Shown here in pieces: positions 11,263 through 22,480 of a stretch of 64,000 bases of DNA. Position 1 is the stretch's first letter. Each line of letters opens with the position of its first letter. A program made the translations under genes and the position numbers. Below the pieces are notes generated by a model. The model did not search any database. It was given only the letters and a program-made list of their open reading frames with translations, and was not told the DNA's origin. Origin of the DNA: an uncultured Nitrososphaerota archaeon (GTDB taxonomy: Archaea > Thermoproteota > Nitrososphaeria > Nitrososphaerales > Nitrosopumilaceae); contig CAWGPD010000004.1 of the NCBI GenBank assembly GCA_963824385.1, forward strand, positions 512,001 through 576,000, written 5' to 3'.

Positions 11263-11610
11263 ATGACTAATCAAGTTGTTATTCAAATGGTAAAGACCTT
11301 GCGTAGCGCATCAAAGAAGAATAATGCACCCATCTGGGAAAAACTGGCAGAACTTGCCTTAAAACCAACTAGAGCCAAGAGAACACTCAACTTGGGCCAG
11401 ATCGATAAATTTGCATCAGACAATGATGTAATAATAGTTCCAGGAAAAATATTAGGAACAGGAAGCCTTTCACATAAAATAACATTATGTTCATTTTCAA
11501 TATCATCTAGCGGTGCAAAGAAGATAGTAGAGTCTGGTGGAAAGATATTAGATATCTCTCAAATTATCAAGAATCATCCAACAGGAAAAGGAGTGAAAAT
11601 CATTGGTTAA
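11263..11610 (+). CDS. rpl18e: 50S ribosomal protein L18e
   Basis: NAPIW, VPGKILGTG. Confidence 0.95.
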   Translation: MTNQVVIQMVKTLRSASKKNNAPIWEKLAELALKPTRAKRTLNLGQIDKFASDNDVIIVPGKILGTGSLSHKITLCSFSISSSGAKKIVESGGKILDISQIIKNHPTGKGVKIIG

Positions 11611-12083
11611 ACAAGTTACCGAAGTAAAATCATTAGAGAAGAATCCAGCTTCACAAACAATCATAGTGGATGGAACAAATTTAATTGCAGGTAGACTTTG
11701 TTCGCATGTTGCCAAACTACTCATAAAAGGAAATAGAGTATCAATTGTAAATTCTGAAAATATCATGATTTCGGGAGATAGAAAAGCAATCATAGAAGAA
11801 TATAGAAAGTTTTTGGAAGTAGCTAGTATCAATAATCCTAAATTTGGTCCATTTCATCCTCGTAGACCAGACACTATCATAAGCAGAATGGTAAGAGGAA
11901 TGCTACCAAAGAACAAGCCATCAGGTAAGACATCTTTGAAAAGATTAAGAGCTTATCTCGGAGTACCAAATGAATTAAGAATCAAAGAAGACAACACAGT
12001 TCGATGATGCAAAAATTAGAAGACCTTCTCCATATTATACAACTCTGGGAGAATTAGGTAAGATGGTTGGGTGGCACGAATAA
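11603..12083 (+). CDS. rpl13: 50S ribosomal protein L13 (frameshift at ~11980)
   Basis: DGTNLIAGRL, GPFHPRRPD, VRGMLP; repaired C-terminus ...TLGELGKMVGWHE*. Confidence 0.93.
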
Positions 12084-12526
12084 TGGTAAAGTTGGAAAGC
12101 TATTATGCATCTAGAAAGACTGCACGAGCACATGCATTTATCACAAAAGGAGTAGGTCGTGTTAGAATTAACAATGTTCCAGTAGAAATGGTTCAACAAG
12201 AAGTAGCACGAGAAATAATGTTAGGACCTTTAGAAGTTGCAGGAGATCTTAGAAACAAAATAGATGTTTCAGTCAAAGTCAAAGGCGGTGGTTTTGTTGG
12301 ACAATCATATGCAAGTGCAATTGCAATTTCAAGAGCCATGACAGGATGGACAAAGACTAGAAAAGAACCAAAGGATCACCCACTTACAAGAACTGTGAGA
12401 GAAGATCTTAGAAAACGATTAACAGAATTCGACAAACATTTGCTAAGCGGTGATGATAGACGCAAGGAACCAAAGAAATTTGGCGGTCCTGGTGCTAGAA
12501 GAAGAAAACAGAAATCGTATAGATAG
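12083..12526 (+). CDS. rps9: 30S ribosomal protein S9
   Basis: RKTARA, GGGFVGQ, KKFGGPGARRRKQKSYR. Confidence 0.97.
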   Translation: MVKLESYYASRKTARAHAFITKGVGRVRINNVPVEMVQQEVAREIMLGPLEVAGDLRNKIDVSVKVKGGGFVGQSYASAIAISRAMTGWTKTRKEPKDHPLTRTVREDLRKRLTEFDKHLLSGDDRRKEPKKFGGPGARRRKQKSYR

Positions 12527-12528
12527 TC

Positions 12529-13263
12529 TTGAAAGCTGTAATTCTGGCAGGAGGCCGTGGAACACGTGGAAGGCCATTTACAGATTACATTCCAAAAGCA
12601 ATGATTCCAGTACAGGGAAGACCTCTCATTTATCATGTTGTTAGATATCTTTCCAAGTTTGATATTATTGATAGCATAATCATACTAGGGGATTTCTCAG
12701 GAATTGGAAAACAGATAGAGAAATATTTTGAAAATCACATTTCAGTTAAAAAACCAATAAAATTCATACAAGATTCACAGAGTGGAACAGGTGGAGACCT
12801 CATTCACCTAAGCACGGCAATTGGAAAGAATAAAGAGTTCATTTTGTGGTTTGTTGACAATCTATGCCCTGTTGACATAAACAAGATGTATCGTTTTCAC
12901 ATGGACTCCAAGACTACTGCTACAATAGCTGTGAGAAGATATAGAAAAGAAGAAACAGGATTTGCGATAGTAAATAATGGAATCATTGATGAATTTAAAG
13001 AAAAACCTACAATTGAATTACAGATGGCAGAATGTCTAGGGATATATATCATAAATTCTGAAATAATAAATAAAATAAAAATTAAAAAACAAAAAAAGAA
13101 AGATCTGAATTTGTCTTATGATATTTTGCAACCATTATCCAAAAAAAGAAAGATTGCAGCTTATGATATAGGAAAAACCCAGTGGTTAGACATAGATTCT
13201 CCAACACGTGTTGATAGAAACAAAGAATTAGTTGATTCCATAATAAAGAAATGCGGCACTTAG
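12529..13263 (+). CDS. Sugar-phosphate nucleotidyltransferase family protein
   Basis: ILAGGRGTR...PKAMIP, FKEKP, WLDID. Confidence 0.9.
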   Translation: MKAVILAGGRGTRGRPFTDYIPKAMIPVQGRPLIYHVVRYLSKFDIIDSIIILGDFSGIGKQIEKYFENHISVKKPIKFIQDSQSGTGGDLIHLSTAIGKNKEFILWFVDNLCPVDINKMYRFHMDSKTTATIAVRRYRKEETGFAIVNNGIIDEFKEKPTIELQMAECLGIYIINSEIINKIKIKKQKKKDLNLSYDILQPLSKKRKIAAYDIGKTQWLDIDSPTRVDRNKELVDSIIKKCGT

Positions 13264-13832
13264 ATTTTGTGAGAACGTTCGTATTTCGTAATTTGACTTT
13301 CGTGTTGTAAAGTCATTGCAATATCATCGAGACCTTCAAGTAGAATCTTTTTCCAATGATGCTCAATATCAAATGAGACATGTGTGGAATTTACCACGAT
13401 TGTTTGATTTTCCAAATCTACTTCAATTTCAGATTTTGTTGAAAATAATTTCTGTAGTATTTCATCTGATACCCTAATTGGTAAAATTCCATTTTTGAAA
13501 CAATTATTATAAAATATATCAGCAAAAGATGTAGAGATTATCACCTTAAACCCAAAATCATCAAGTGCCCACACTGCATGTTCCCTGCTAGAACCGCAGC
13601 CAAAGTTATCTCTAGCAAGTAAGATCTTGGAATTCTTGTATGTCGGATCATTTAAGACGAAATCTTTTCTTAGAATACCACTTTGGTCATACCTCCAGTC
13701 ATAAAACAAGTATTGACCAAAACCAGTTCTCTGAATTAGTTTTAGAAATTGTTTTGGAACCATTTGATCAGTATCAACATTAACCTTGTCAAGTGGTGTA
13801 ACTATGCTTTTTATCTTCTGGAATGGTTCCAT
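13260..13832 (-). CDS. leuD: 3-isopropylmalate dehydratase small subunit (bacterial type)
   Basis: NVDTDQMVPKQFLK, NFGCGSSREHA. Confidence 0.95.
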   Translation of the reverse strand: MEPFQKIKSIVTPLDKVNVDTDQMVPKQFLKLIQRTGFGQYLFYDWRYDQSGILRKDFVLNDPTYKNSKILLARDNFGCGSSREHAVWALDDFGFKVIISTSFADIFYNNCFKNGILPIRVSDEILQKLFSTKSEIEVDLENQTIVVNSTHVSFDIEHHWKKILLEGLDDIAMTLQHESQITKYERSHKI

Positions 13833-13833
13833 T

Positions 13834-15246
13834 CTAATTCAGATCCAATTCTCTTACATCTATAAAATGACCATTAATTGCAGCTGCAGCAGCCATTACA
13901 GGACTTACAAGGTGTGTCCTCCCACCAGAACCTTGTCTTCCTTCAAAGTTTCTGTTTGAGGTACTAGCACATCTCTCACCTGCTGCTAAAATATCAGGAT
14001 TCATGCCAAGACACATGCTACAGCCAGATTCTCTCCATTCAAATCCAGCATCTTTGAATATTTTATCAAGACCCATCTCTTCTGCATTTTTCTTTACTAG
14101 TTGTGACCCAGGTACTACCATTGCTCGCACTTTTGATGAAACCTTTTTTCCTTTTACAACTTTTGCTGCTTCCATCAAGTCTTCTAATCTTGCATTAGTG
14201 CATGATCCAATGAATACTCTATCAATTACAATATCCACAATAGGAGTGCCAGGTTTAAGATCCATATACTGGAGTGCCTTTGTTGCACCTTTCACTTCTT
14301 CTGGATTTCCTTTACCATATTCTTCTGGGAATGGTACACTCTCGGTTACATCAGATGTCATGGCAGGATTAGTTCCCCAGCTAACCTGAGGTGCAATGTT
14401 TTCTGCACTTAGGGTAAAGGATTTATCAAATTTTGCTCCGCTGTCTGTTTTTAGATTTTCACGCCAATCATTTACAAGTTCATCGTAATTATTTGGAGTA
14501 TATTTTCGTCCTTTAAGATACTGGAAAGTTTTTTCGTCAGGTGCAATCAATCCAGCACGTGCTCCTGCCTCTATAGACATGTTACATATTGTCATTCTCT
14601 GCTCCATTGTCAATTCAGATATAGTGTCACCACGGTATTCAATTACAGTTCCAGTTCCTCCCGCAGTTCCAATTTTTCTAATAATTGACAAGATTATGTC
14701 TTTTGCAGTTACAGCATGTGGATTCTTTCTTTTTCCTTGGATTTTGATTTCAAAAGTTTTCGGTTTTTCCATCATAATACATTGTGTTGCTAAGACATGT
14801 TCAACATCACTTGTACCAATTCCAAATGCAAGCGAGCCAAAAGCACCATGTGTTGATGTATGACTATCACCACAGACGATTGTTGTTCCCGGAAGGGTAA
14901 TTCCTAATTCTGGACCTATTACGTGCACAATACCTTGATTTGGACTATGAATGTCAAAGAGAGTAATTCCAAATTCTTTACAATTTCTTTCAAGGACTTT
15001 GATTTGCACAGATGATGTCTGATCTAAGATAGGTAATGATCTATCACTTGTAGGTACGTTATGATCCATTGTTGCATATGTAAGATCAGGACGTCTTACT
15101 TTTCTTGAATTAAGGCGTAAACCATCAAAAGCTTGAGGAGATGTAACTTCATGAATAAGATGTCTGTCTACATAAAGTAGAGAACGTCCATCTTCATCTA
15201 CAACAATATGCGAGTCCCATATTTTTTCAAATAATGTTTTTGACAT
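13834..15246 (-). CDS. leuC: 3-isopropylmalate dehydratase large subunit (bacterial type)
   Basis: [42 protein letters not shown]. Confidence 0.96.
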   Translation of the reverse strand: MSKTLFEKIWDSHIVVDEDGRSLLYVDRHLIHEVTSPQAFDGLRLNSRKVRRPDLTYATMDHNVPTSDRSLPILDQTSSVQIKVLERNCKEFGITLFDIHSPNQGIVHVIGPELGITLPGTTIVCGDSHTSTHGAFGSLAFGIGTSDVEHVLATQCIMMEKPKTFEIKIQGKRKNPHAVTAKDIILSIIRKIGTAGGTGTVIEYRGDTISELTMEQRMTICNMSIEAGARAGLIAPDEKTFQYLKGRKYTPNNYDELVNDWRENLKTDSGAKFDKSFTLSAENIAPQVSWGTNPAMTSDVTESVPFPEEYGKGNPEEVKGATKALQYMDLKPGTPIVDIVIDRVFIGSCTNARLEDLMEAAKVVKGKKVSSKVRAMVVPGSQLVKKNAEEMGLDKIFKDAGFEWRESGCSMCLGMNPDILAAGERCASTSNRNFEGRQGSGGRTHLVSPVMAAAAAINGHFIDVRELDLN

Positions 15247-15294
15247 TCAGATCATCTTAATCAAAACCGGAGATATAATGGTATTATATTCAAT

Positions 15295-15777
15295 CTAAGG
15301 TTTGTAATTGAATAGCCCGCCAGCTTCTATTATTTTACCTATCAATTCTGGAAAAGGCTTCATTTTGTAAATTTTATTTTTGGTTAGGTTTTTAATTTCG
15401 TTTTTAGATATATCTACTTCAAGTGAATCTGTATCAGATATATCATGATATGCACTTTCATCAATTTCAATTGGGAGTAAGAAGACTCCGTCTACAGCAT
15501 TTCTATAAAAAATTCTTGCAAAAGACAAAGCCAATACTGCCTTTACTCCAGAATAAGATAGAGCTATAGGAGCATGTTCTCTAGAAGAGCCACAGCCAAA
15601 GTTTTTTCCTGCGACAATAAAATCACCGGGTTTAACCCGTTTATGAAAATCCTTGTCAAGTCCTTCCATGGCATGTTTTGCCAACTCGGCATAATCATGA
15701 ATCTTAAGATAAGGACCTGGTAAAATTACATCAGTATCTATGTTATCTCGTTCATATTTTATTACAGAGCCTTTCAT
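15295..15777 (-). CDS. Archaeal-type (homo)aconitase/isopropylmalate dehydratase small subunit (HacB/LeuD family)
   Basis: NIDTDVILPGPYLK, NFGCGSSREHAP, 160 aa. Confidence 0.88.
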   Translation of the reverse strand: MKGSVIKYERDNIDTDVILPGPYLKIHDYAELAKHAMEGLDKDFHKRVKPGDFIVAGKNFGCGSSREHAPIALSYSGVKAVLALSFARIFYRNAVDGVFLLPIEIDESAYHDISDTDSLEVDISKNEIKNLTKNKIYKMKPFPELIGKIIEAGGLFNYKP

Positions 15778-17048
15778 TTCAAATCCCTCGGATCAGTAAT
15801 CTTTCCTGTTATAGCAGATGCTGCTGCAACAAGTGGAGATGCAAGATATGTCTGAGATTCCACATGCCCCATTCTTCCTGGAAAGTTTCTGTTTGTAGTA
15901 CTGATACAAATTTCATCTTTTGCCAATACTCCCATATGAGCACCGCAGCAGGCGCCACAGGTAGGAGGTCCTACAACTACTCCAGCATCTAAGAAAATTT
16001 TCAACAATCCTTCTTCCATGGCTTTTCTAAATATCGATATTGCCGCAGGTAACACCTCAGTTCTTATTTTTACAGTTCGTCCCTTGAGAATTTTTGCTGC
16101 AGCTCGTAAATCTTCTAGCTTTGCACCAGTGCATGAACCAATGTATGCTTTATCAAGTTCAATTGAAGACAAGTCACGTGCAATAGCAATATTTTCAGGA
16201 GAGAATGGTTTTGCTACAGTTGGTTCTATTTCTGAACCTTCATACTCGTAAATTTTTTCATATTGAGCATCTGCATCACTATGAACTTCGTCATATTTTG
16301 TAGCTCCTTTTGCTGCAAGATAATCTCGTAATTTTTGGTCTGGTTCAACTATACCACTCTTGGCACCTGCTTCGGTTGTCATATTTGTTAGTGTCAATCT
16401 ACCTTCAACTGACATTTCGGATATGCCTGTACCTCCAAATTGCATTGTCTTGTATGCTGCACCATCATTTCCAATGTCTCCAATTATTTTCAATATCAAA
16501 TCTTTTGCCATCACATGATCTGGAAGTTTTCCATTTCACTTAAAGTATAATGTCTCAGGTACCTTGAACCAAATTTTACCATTTAATAAAACATATGCAA
16601 CATCTGTATGTCCAAGACCTGCCGCAAATGCCCCAAGAGCACCTGTAGTATTTGTGTGAGAATCTCCTCCAACATACACTTCTCCTGGAAGCACCATGGC
16701 TTCCTCGTGAGACAAAGTATGACATATGCCATATTGACCCATTCCATATTTGAAATGCTTCTTAATTCCAAATTGTTTTGTAAAGTTTGTTAGTGATACA
16801 ATATTTTGTGCTGATATTTTATCGGCTGCAGGTACAAAGTGATCTTCTGCAACCCACACTCTATCTGGATTCCATAATTTTTCAATTTTCATTCCAGTCT
16901 TCTTCAATTTTTCAAAAACTGCTATTACTCCTGGTCCAGATACATCGTGAATCATCACCTTATCAACATTAACAAAAATCACGTCTCCGGGGGAAACCTT
17001 TGATTTTCCAGAAGCACGGGCTAGGATCTTTTCAGTAATATTCAACAT
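15774..17048 (-). CDS. Archaeal-type (homo)aconitase/isopropylmalate dehydratase large subunit (HacA/LeuC family); in-frame TGA at 16536-16538
   Basis: ITEKILA, GICH, DSHT, GSCTG, CGACCG, RNFPGRMG; the two ORFs are in the same frame. Confidence 0.88.
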
Positions 17049-17117
17049 AAAAAATCAACTTGCAAGAAATTAAAATGTTTGCAGAACCCTAAATAGTAAT
17101 TATTATTTAAAACAGAC

Positions 17118-17888
17118 ATGCCTCTTACAGTTTTACCTATAAAATCCACATTAAAAAAAGAACAATTCGATTTGTTTGAAAGCCTTGTAATAGATTTGAA
17201 TGATGCTAATATGGTTCCTGTAAATGGCGATGTAATAGTTATTTCAAGCAAGTATGTTGCAAATTCACAGGACAGAATTTTAGAGTATGGTAAAGTTATG
17301 CCTTCATTTGATGCAGAAAAAATTGGCAAGAAATTCCACATGAAACCCACGATAACAGAAATAATTCTTAGGGAGTCAGATACAATATTTGGTGGAATTC
17401 CAGGATTTGTTATCACATCGTCAGACAATATTATGGCACCAAATGCAGGAATAGATAAATCCAATACACAGAGTGGAACTGTAATTTTATATCCAAACGA
17501 GCCATATCTTGTGGCAGAACATCTCAGAAGAAAATTTCTGTTAAAGTATAATGTACATGTTGGAATAATCATCACAGACAGCAGACTAATGCCTGGAAGA
17601 GTTGGAACTGTAGGAGTTGCAATAGCTTGTTCAGGTATTGAGCCAACTTCTGATCTTCGAGGAGAAAAGGATTTGTATGGTAATTCTCTCAAAGTTACTT
17701 TTCAAGCCATAGCAGATGATCTTGCATCAATAGCAAATCTAAAGATGGGTGAAGGTTCAGATGCAACTCCATATGCGTTAATTAGAGATTCTGATGCGAT
17801 ACTCACTGATAGAAAAATAAGAGAAAATGACATGGCTATATCGTATGAACAATGTGTCTATGTTCGTGGACTAGGAACGAGAATTTAA
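17118..17888 (+). CDS. cofE: Coenzyme F420-0:gamma-glutamyl ligase
   Basis: VISSK, NAGIDKSN, ITDS, DLRGEKDLYG, MGEG. Confidence 0.9.
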   Translation: MPLTVLPIKSTLKKEQFDLFESLVIDLNDANMVPVNGDVIVISSKYVANSQDRILEYGKVMPSFDAEKIGKKFHMKPTITEIILRESDTIFGGIPGFVITSSDNIMAPNAGIDKSNTQSGTVILYPNEPYLVAEHLRRKFLLKYNVHVGIIITDSRLMPGRVGTVGVAIACSGIEPTSDLRGEKDLYGNSLKVTFQAIADDLASIANLKMGEGSDATPYALIRDSDAILTDRKIRENDMAISYEQCVYVRGLGTRI

Positions 17889-17929
17889 GACAACTATAGT
17901 TTTAATATGACTAAAATGGACGCAGAGTC

Positions 17930-18481
17930 ATGGTAGAGTTTCTTACAAGATATCCCAAAACCATGTATTTTGTAGATGGCAACAAGAGCAAGGTCAAGGT
18001 TGACACAAAAGGAGTAGAACAACTCACCATAGTAGTAAAGAAAAGCGTCGAGGAACTATTGAAGATATTTTCTCACGAAGGTTTCACTCATGTAAAATTT
18101 GAACACAAACAGGAAGCGCAGATTGGCAGTGGTTTGTCTCTTAAGCTAAAAAAACCATGGGAGATGCATGTAAGACTATTAGAAATGAAAAAAGGCCTTG
18201 TTGCAATACAGGCAGAAGTAGAAGTATCACGTGATTATCTACAGCATCTCTTTTGTCAGAGAACTCCAGTATTTTATGAGGTAGAAACACTGCTAAAAAA
18301 ACATCAGATAGAATACAAAATTTGGAACGAACGAATAAGAAAGTATGTCAATACAGTCATCGATAACTACAAAGTCAAACTTGCCACTCCAAGTTTTCCA
18401 GTATTAGCATGGAAACCTATGGTATATGCGATTTCAACAATAGGCATATTGTATCTTTTCAAGTATATCATGACAGTTTAG
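17930..18481 (+). CDS. Hypothetical protein with a C-terminal TM helix
   Basis: 183-aa ORF with a hydrophobic tail. Confidence 0.7.
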   Translation: MVEFLTRYPKTMYFVDGNKSKVKVDTKGVEQLTIVVKKSVEELLKIFSHEGFTHVKFEHKQEAQIGSGLSLKLKKPWEMHVRLLEMKKGLVAIQAEVEVSRDYLQHLFCQRTPVFYEVETLLKKHQIEYKIWNERIRKYVNTVIDNYKVKLATPSFPVLAWKPMVYAISTIGILYLFKYIMTV

Positions 18482-18516
18482 AACCTTTAATTAGAAATTT
18501 TCACCATTGTCTGTAA

Positions 18517-19050
18517 ATGAGTACAACCAAACTTCCACTTTCTCTAAGATTTTATGGTATTTCTCCATGGGAGCTTGAAATTTTTTACACTCTATTACAT
18601 AACATGTTCAGTGTAAATGAAGATCCCAATGCTAACCAAGATGAAGATTTTACAACGATGATGAATATTACATTTCCAATAGAGTTCAATGAAACATTTT
18701 TCAAATGGTTTGGAACTCCACGATGGGACAAAGTCAAGGGAATAATAAAAGAAATGAAACGCAGAAGAGGAGGAGGGAATAGTTTACGTGTATACTTAAA
18801 ATTCACAGGAAAGCCAGATATTACATTTACAATAGATCTAGACGACAGACGTTCATTTGACACTGCTGTTGATAAGATTGACTTTGTCCTAGAATTGTTA
18901 CCATATCATCTTGATCCCAAAAAATTACCCAAAGAAATTACCGAAGTTTCATATCAATTTGATTACATCAGTGGAAAATGGAATGTTAGAGCAGGTCCAG
19001 TAGGAGAACAAACATATCAATTTTCAGAAAATGAATGGAAGATTACTTGA
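18517..19050 (+). CDS. Hypothetical protein
   Basis: 177-aa ORF filling the gap, with a TATA-like sequence upstream. Confidence 0.7.
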   Translation: MSTTKLPLSLRFYGISPWELEIFYTLLHNMFSVNEDPNANQDEDFTTMMNITFPIEFNETFFKWFGTPRWDKVKGIIKEMKRRRGGGNSLRVYLKFTGKPDITFTIDLDDRRSFDTAVDKIDFVLELLPYHLDPKKLPKEITEVSYQFDYISGKWNVRAGPVGEQTYQFSENEWKIT

Positions 19051-19477
19051 TTTCTTTTTCAAGAGGTTCTAACATAGAATGCAGTTCACGGTATTTTTTT
19101 TCAATAAAATCTAGTGATTCTTCCAGTTTCTTTGATTTCCCATACTTGTATCTGATTAATTCTCTATGTCTCCAAAAATTTTTCCCCTCTCCTATTGATA
19201 CAGTACTAAAATAATCAGGACCTTTGAGTTTATCAGGAATCTTAATACTATATGGAAAAAGAAATTCTGCCATAAACCATTCATCGCCATCAGGATAATC
19301 AGAACCCGTATCAATATCAAAGAAGAGATGTAGTAAATTAGTTTGCATTAGTCCATCATCTCTAATTGTGGGATGTTTCACGTTTGATTTTTTAAAATCA
19401 AGTTTTACCAAGTTGGGTTCGAAATATCCATCAATTATAGATTTACGAAATATCTTGTTTACTTCTTCCAGATTCAA
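19043..19477 (-). CDS. Hypothetical protein
   Basis: 144-aa ORF, convergent with an 8-bp overlap. Confidence 0.65.
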   Translation of the reverse strand: MNLEEVNKIFRKSIIDGYFEPNLVKLDFKKSNVKHPTIRDDGLMQTNLLHLFFDIDTGSDYPDGDEWFMAEFLFPYSIKIPDKLKGPDYFSTVSIGEGKNFWRHRELIRYKYGKSKKLEESLDFIEKKYRELHSMLEPLEKEIK

Positions 19478-19550
19478 AGTAGAATTACTCTTTTTACGAA
19501 GATGCTAATAACTTATTTCATTATTTGAGATACTACTGTGTTTCCAAAAG

Positions 19551-20516
19551 TTAGATTTCTAGCTTGTCAAGCATTTTAGATATATCAGATATTGACTTGC
19601 CTCCAGCAGAAATTTCTTGATATGCGGGAGGATTTTCAAGATAGTTTGGAATTCGGTCTAACATTCTTTGGTCATATGATTGTGCTATATCATTTTGGTA
19701 AAATATTCCTGTTGGGATCTTTGAATCCCATTCGTTAGATTTTATCAATGCTTGAGTTAGTTTTTCATTTTCTTCTTCTGGCGAGTCAATATGTACAACT
19801 GGATCATACCCCACATCCTCAAGCTTGTAGATTCTAGGTCTTGGCCTATTTGTCATTTCATCAATGTTATCCATTCCTGAGAACCAATCTCTTGTATTGA
19901 TATCATTGTAAGTAGGACATGGTTGTAAAACATCAAGAAATGAAAGACCTCTGTGTTTTATTGCTGCAATAATCAAGTCCTTGAGCTGTCTAACATCATA
20001 TGCATAACCTCTTGCAACAAATGTAAATCCACTTGCAATAGCTAATGCAATAGGATTTACTGATTGATTGACATTGGGTTCTGGGAGAGATTTGGTCTTC
20101 AATCCAAGTTTTAGTGTAGGAGACGCTTGTCCTTTTGTAAGACCGTACACTCCATTATTAAAAATAAGATAAGTCATGTCCACATTTCTTCTACCTGCTG
20201 CGACAAAATGTCCTGCTCCAATTCCCAATCCATCACCGTCTCCACCTACTGCAACAACAGTCATCTCAGGATTTGCAAGTTTTGCACCCTGTGAAAATGG
20301 AAGTACTCTACCATGCAAAGTATGAACACCATACACATTAAGATAATGAGATGTTTTTCCAGAACATCCAACTCCAGAAAATATCGCAGCTTTATGTCTT
20401 GGAATTTCCATTTCTGCCATTGCCATTTGAATTGCACTAACAATTCCAAAATCTCCACATCCTGGACACCAATCATTGTGTACTTCAGTCTTGTAATCTG
20501 CTACATTAGACACCAT
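19551..20516 (-). CDS. 2-oxoacid:ferredoxin oxidoreductase beta subunit
   Basis: WCPGCGD, GVGCS, GGDGD TPP motif, YGLTKGQASPT, PCPTYN. Confidence 0.95.
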   Translation of the reverse strand: MVSNVADYKTEVHNDWCPGCGDFGIVSAIQMAMAEMEIPRHKAAIFSGVGCSGKTSHYLNVYGVHTLHGRVLPFSQGAKLANPEMTVVAVGGDGDGLGIGAGHFVAAGRRNVDMTYLIFNNGVYGLTKGQASPTLKLGLKTKSLPEPNVNQSVNPIALAIASGFTFVARGYAYDVRQLKDLIIAAIKHRGLSFLDVLQPCPTYNDINTRDWFSGMDNIDEMTNRPRPRIYKLEDVGYDPVVHIDSPEEENEKLTQALIKSNEWDSKIPTGIFYQNDIAQSYDQRMLDRIPNYLENPPAYQEISAGGKSISDISKMLDKLEI

Positions 20517-22419
20517 ATTTTAGCACCTGTTTTTTCTCCGCTTTGTTGTCGATAATTTTCTTGATAGAATCAAAGAGTTCATCACATGTCATTGGTCTTC
20601 CAGTGTATTTTAATATGTAATAGTCAACTTTTCTGTCTAGATATTCATTAAGTAATGAGCCCATTTGGCCAGATTGATTTGCTTCAATATCAATTATTTT
20701 TTTAACTCCTGAAAGCAAGGACTGGATGTATTTTGTTGGAAATGGATGAAGCATCTTAATTTGAATAAACCCAACCTTATAGCCTGCTTTATTGAGCATT
20801 TCAATGGCATCTAAAATAGGTCCTTTTGTTGAACCCCAGCTAAGAATACAATAATCTGATACTCCATAGTTTATTGCCTGATCTTCTTTAGGAATTTGTT
20901 CTAGCGCAAGTTCCATTTTACGTTCACGTTTATCCATTTTATAGATACGATTTTCTGGGTCTTCTGATATGTGACCTGATTCATCACTTTCATCTCCAGT
21001 ATTCCAAAATATTCCATTTTCAAGCCCAAGTCTTGATCTTGGAGATATACCGTCTGGTGATGGAGTGAATCTTTTATAATCAGGCTCTTCAATTTTTTGA
21101 AGAAGTTTTCCTCGTTCTATTGTAATTTTAGTTGGATCAAATCTTTTCACTGTAGAAACTGTACTTGCAATAAATTTGTCCATCATGTGAATTACAGGAA
21201 TTTGATAAATGTCTGCAAAGTTGAAACATTTTGCAGTATCGTAAAATCCTTCCTCTGTGTCACCTGACGCATATACAATTCTTGGAAAGTCACCATGTCC
21301 AGCATGAATTGCAAATTGTAAATCATCTTGTCCATGTCTTGTAGGAAGACCTGTTGAGGGACCACTTCTTTGATACAAAGTTAATACAAGTGGGACTTCG
21401 TTTATCCCAGCCCAACCAAGAGCTTCTGCCATAAGAGAGAAACCTGGACCAGATGTACTTGTCGAAGATCTTGCTCCTGTCAAGGACGCACCAATTACCA
21501 TGCCAATTGCAGATATCTCATCTTCTGTTTGTACAACTAGAGTTGAACCAGGTCTGTTGTTTTCAACCTCAATAATTTCATTTGATTCCAAAAATACACT
21601 TTCATCTGATGCTGGAGTAATTGGATAGTATGATTGGAACCTACAACCACATGCTATCTTTCCAAGACTAGTAGATTGAAAGCCTTGGGCTAGCATGATA
21701 TGGTCTTCTTTTGTAATTGGAGATAATTGATATTTGAATTTAGAATATTTTACCGTAGAAAAATTATATGCATAATTTGCTGCAGTTTTATTCATTTCTG
21801 CAATCTCTGCTTTTCTTGAAAATATAGAACCAACTGATTTCAATAATGTTTCAGGAGGTAGTCCTAGCAACCCAATAGATATAGAGACAGCAAGGACATT
21901 TTGCATACGAAACATTCCACGCAATTTTGGGTTATTGGTTTCATCTGATAAATTACCTAGAATTTCCTTAAATGAGACAGGATATAGTGTAACGCCCCTC
22001 TCCTTTGCTGCATCAAGTGCTCCTTGTATTGTAAACGGTTTATTTTTGGATGAAAGGTATGTCTCAAGACGTTTCTTGAATTGTGCATCAAGTGTATGTA
22101 CTTCATCTGTTTTTATTGCAGATAGATCAGATTCATACACTATAGCACCATCATCAAATACAGCATCTGCGTGCCGAAATATGGTCTCAGCATCAAAGCC
22201 CACTAGCATTGTAATTCCACTAACATTTGATCTAACTATTTTATCAGAAACCCTAACTCCAAAGTAACTGTGCTCACCTTTGATATTAGAATAAAATTCT
22301 CTTTTACCAAATACTTTCAGACCACAACCTGCACATGCACCAGCAAAAATATTTGCCGCAGTCTCTACACCGCCTCCCTGAGGACCACCAATAACCCAAG
22401 TTAGATCAATAGAGGACAT
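20506..22419 (-). CDS. 2-oxoacid:ferredoxin oxidoreductase alpha subunit (gamma-alpha fusion)
   Basis: GGPQGGG, YPITPAS, EDEISA, TSGPG, QRSGPSTGLPT. Confidence 0.95.
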   Translation of the reverse strand: MSSIDLTWVIGGPQGGGVETAANIFAGACAGCGLKVFGKREFYSNIKGEHSYFGVRVSDKIVRSNVSGITMLVGFDAETIFRHADAVFDDGAIVYESDLSAIKTDEVHTLDAQFKKRLETYLSSKNKPFTIQGALDAAKERGVTLYPVSFKEILGNLSDETNNPKLRGMFRMQNVLAVSISIGLLGLPPETLLKSVGSIFSRKAEIAEMNKTAANYAYNFSTVKYSKFKYQLSPITKEDHIMLAQGFQSTSLGKIACGCRFQSYYPITPASDESVFLESNEIIEVENNRPGSTLVVQTEDEISAIGMVIGASLTGARSSTSTSGPGFSLMAEALGWAGINEVPLVLTLYQRSGPSTGLPTRHGQDDLQFAIHAGHGDFPRIVYASGDTEEGFYDTAKCFNFADIYQIPVIHMMDKFIASTVSTVKRFDPTKITIERGKLLQKIEEPDYKRFTPSPDGISPRSRLGLENGIFWNTGDESDESGHISEDPENRIYKMDKRERKMELALEQIPKEDQAINYGVSDYCILSWGSTKGPILDAIEMLNKAGYKVGFIQIKMLHPFPTKYIQSLLSGVKKIIDIEANQSGQMGSLLNEYLDRKVDYYILKYTGRPMTCDELFDSIKKIIDNKAEKKQVLKYGV

Positions 22420-22480
22420 GATGCGTCTAGACGCTCATCAAATATTAATAATTCTATGATTTTTTTGAAAAGACGGTATA

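Noticed and set aside
16536..16538. In-frame TGA in the HacA-type gene (and at 33649-33651 in rpl30) as selenocysteine or readthrough
   Set aside because: Both fall at positions best read as Leu (FK-L-NG, KE-L-LEK) and both are AGTGA where AGCTA would encode Leu. This fits the motif-linked error, and a Leu position gives no rationale for Sec.
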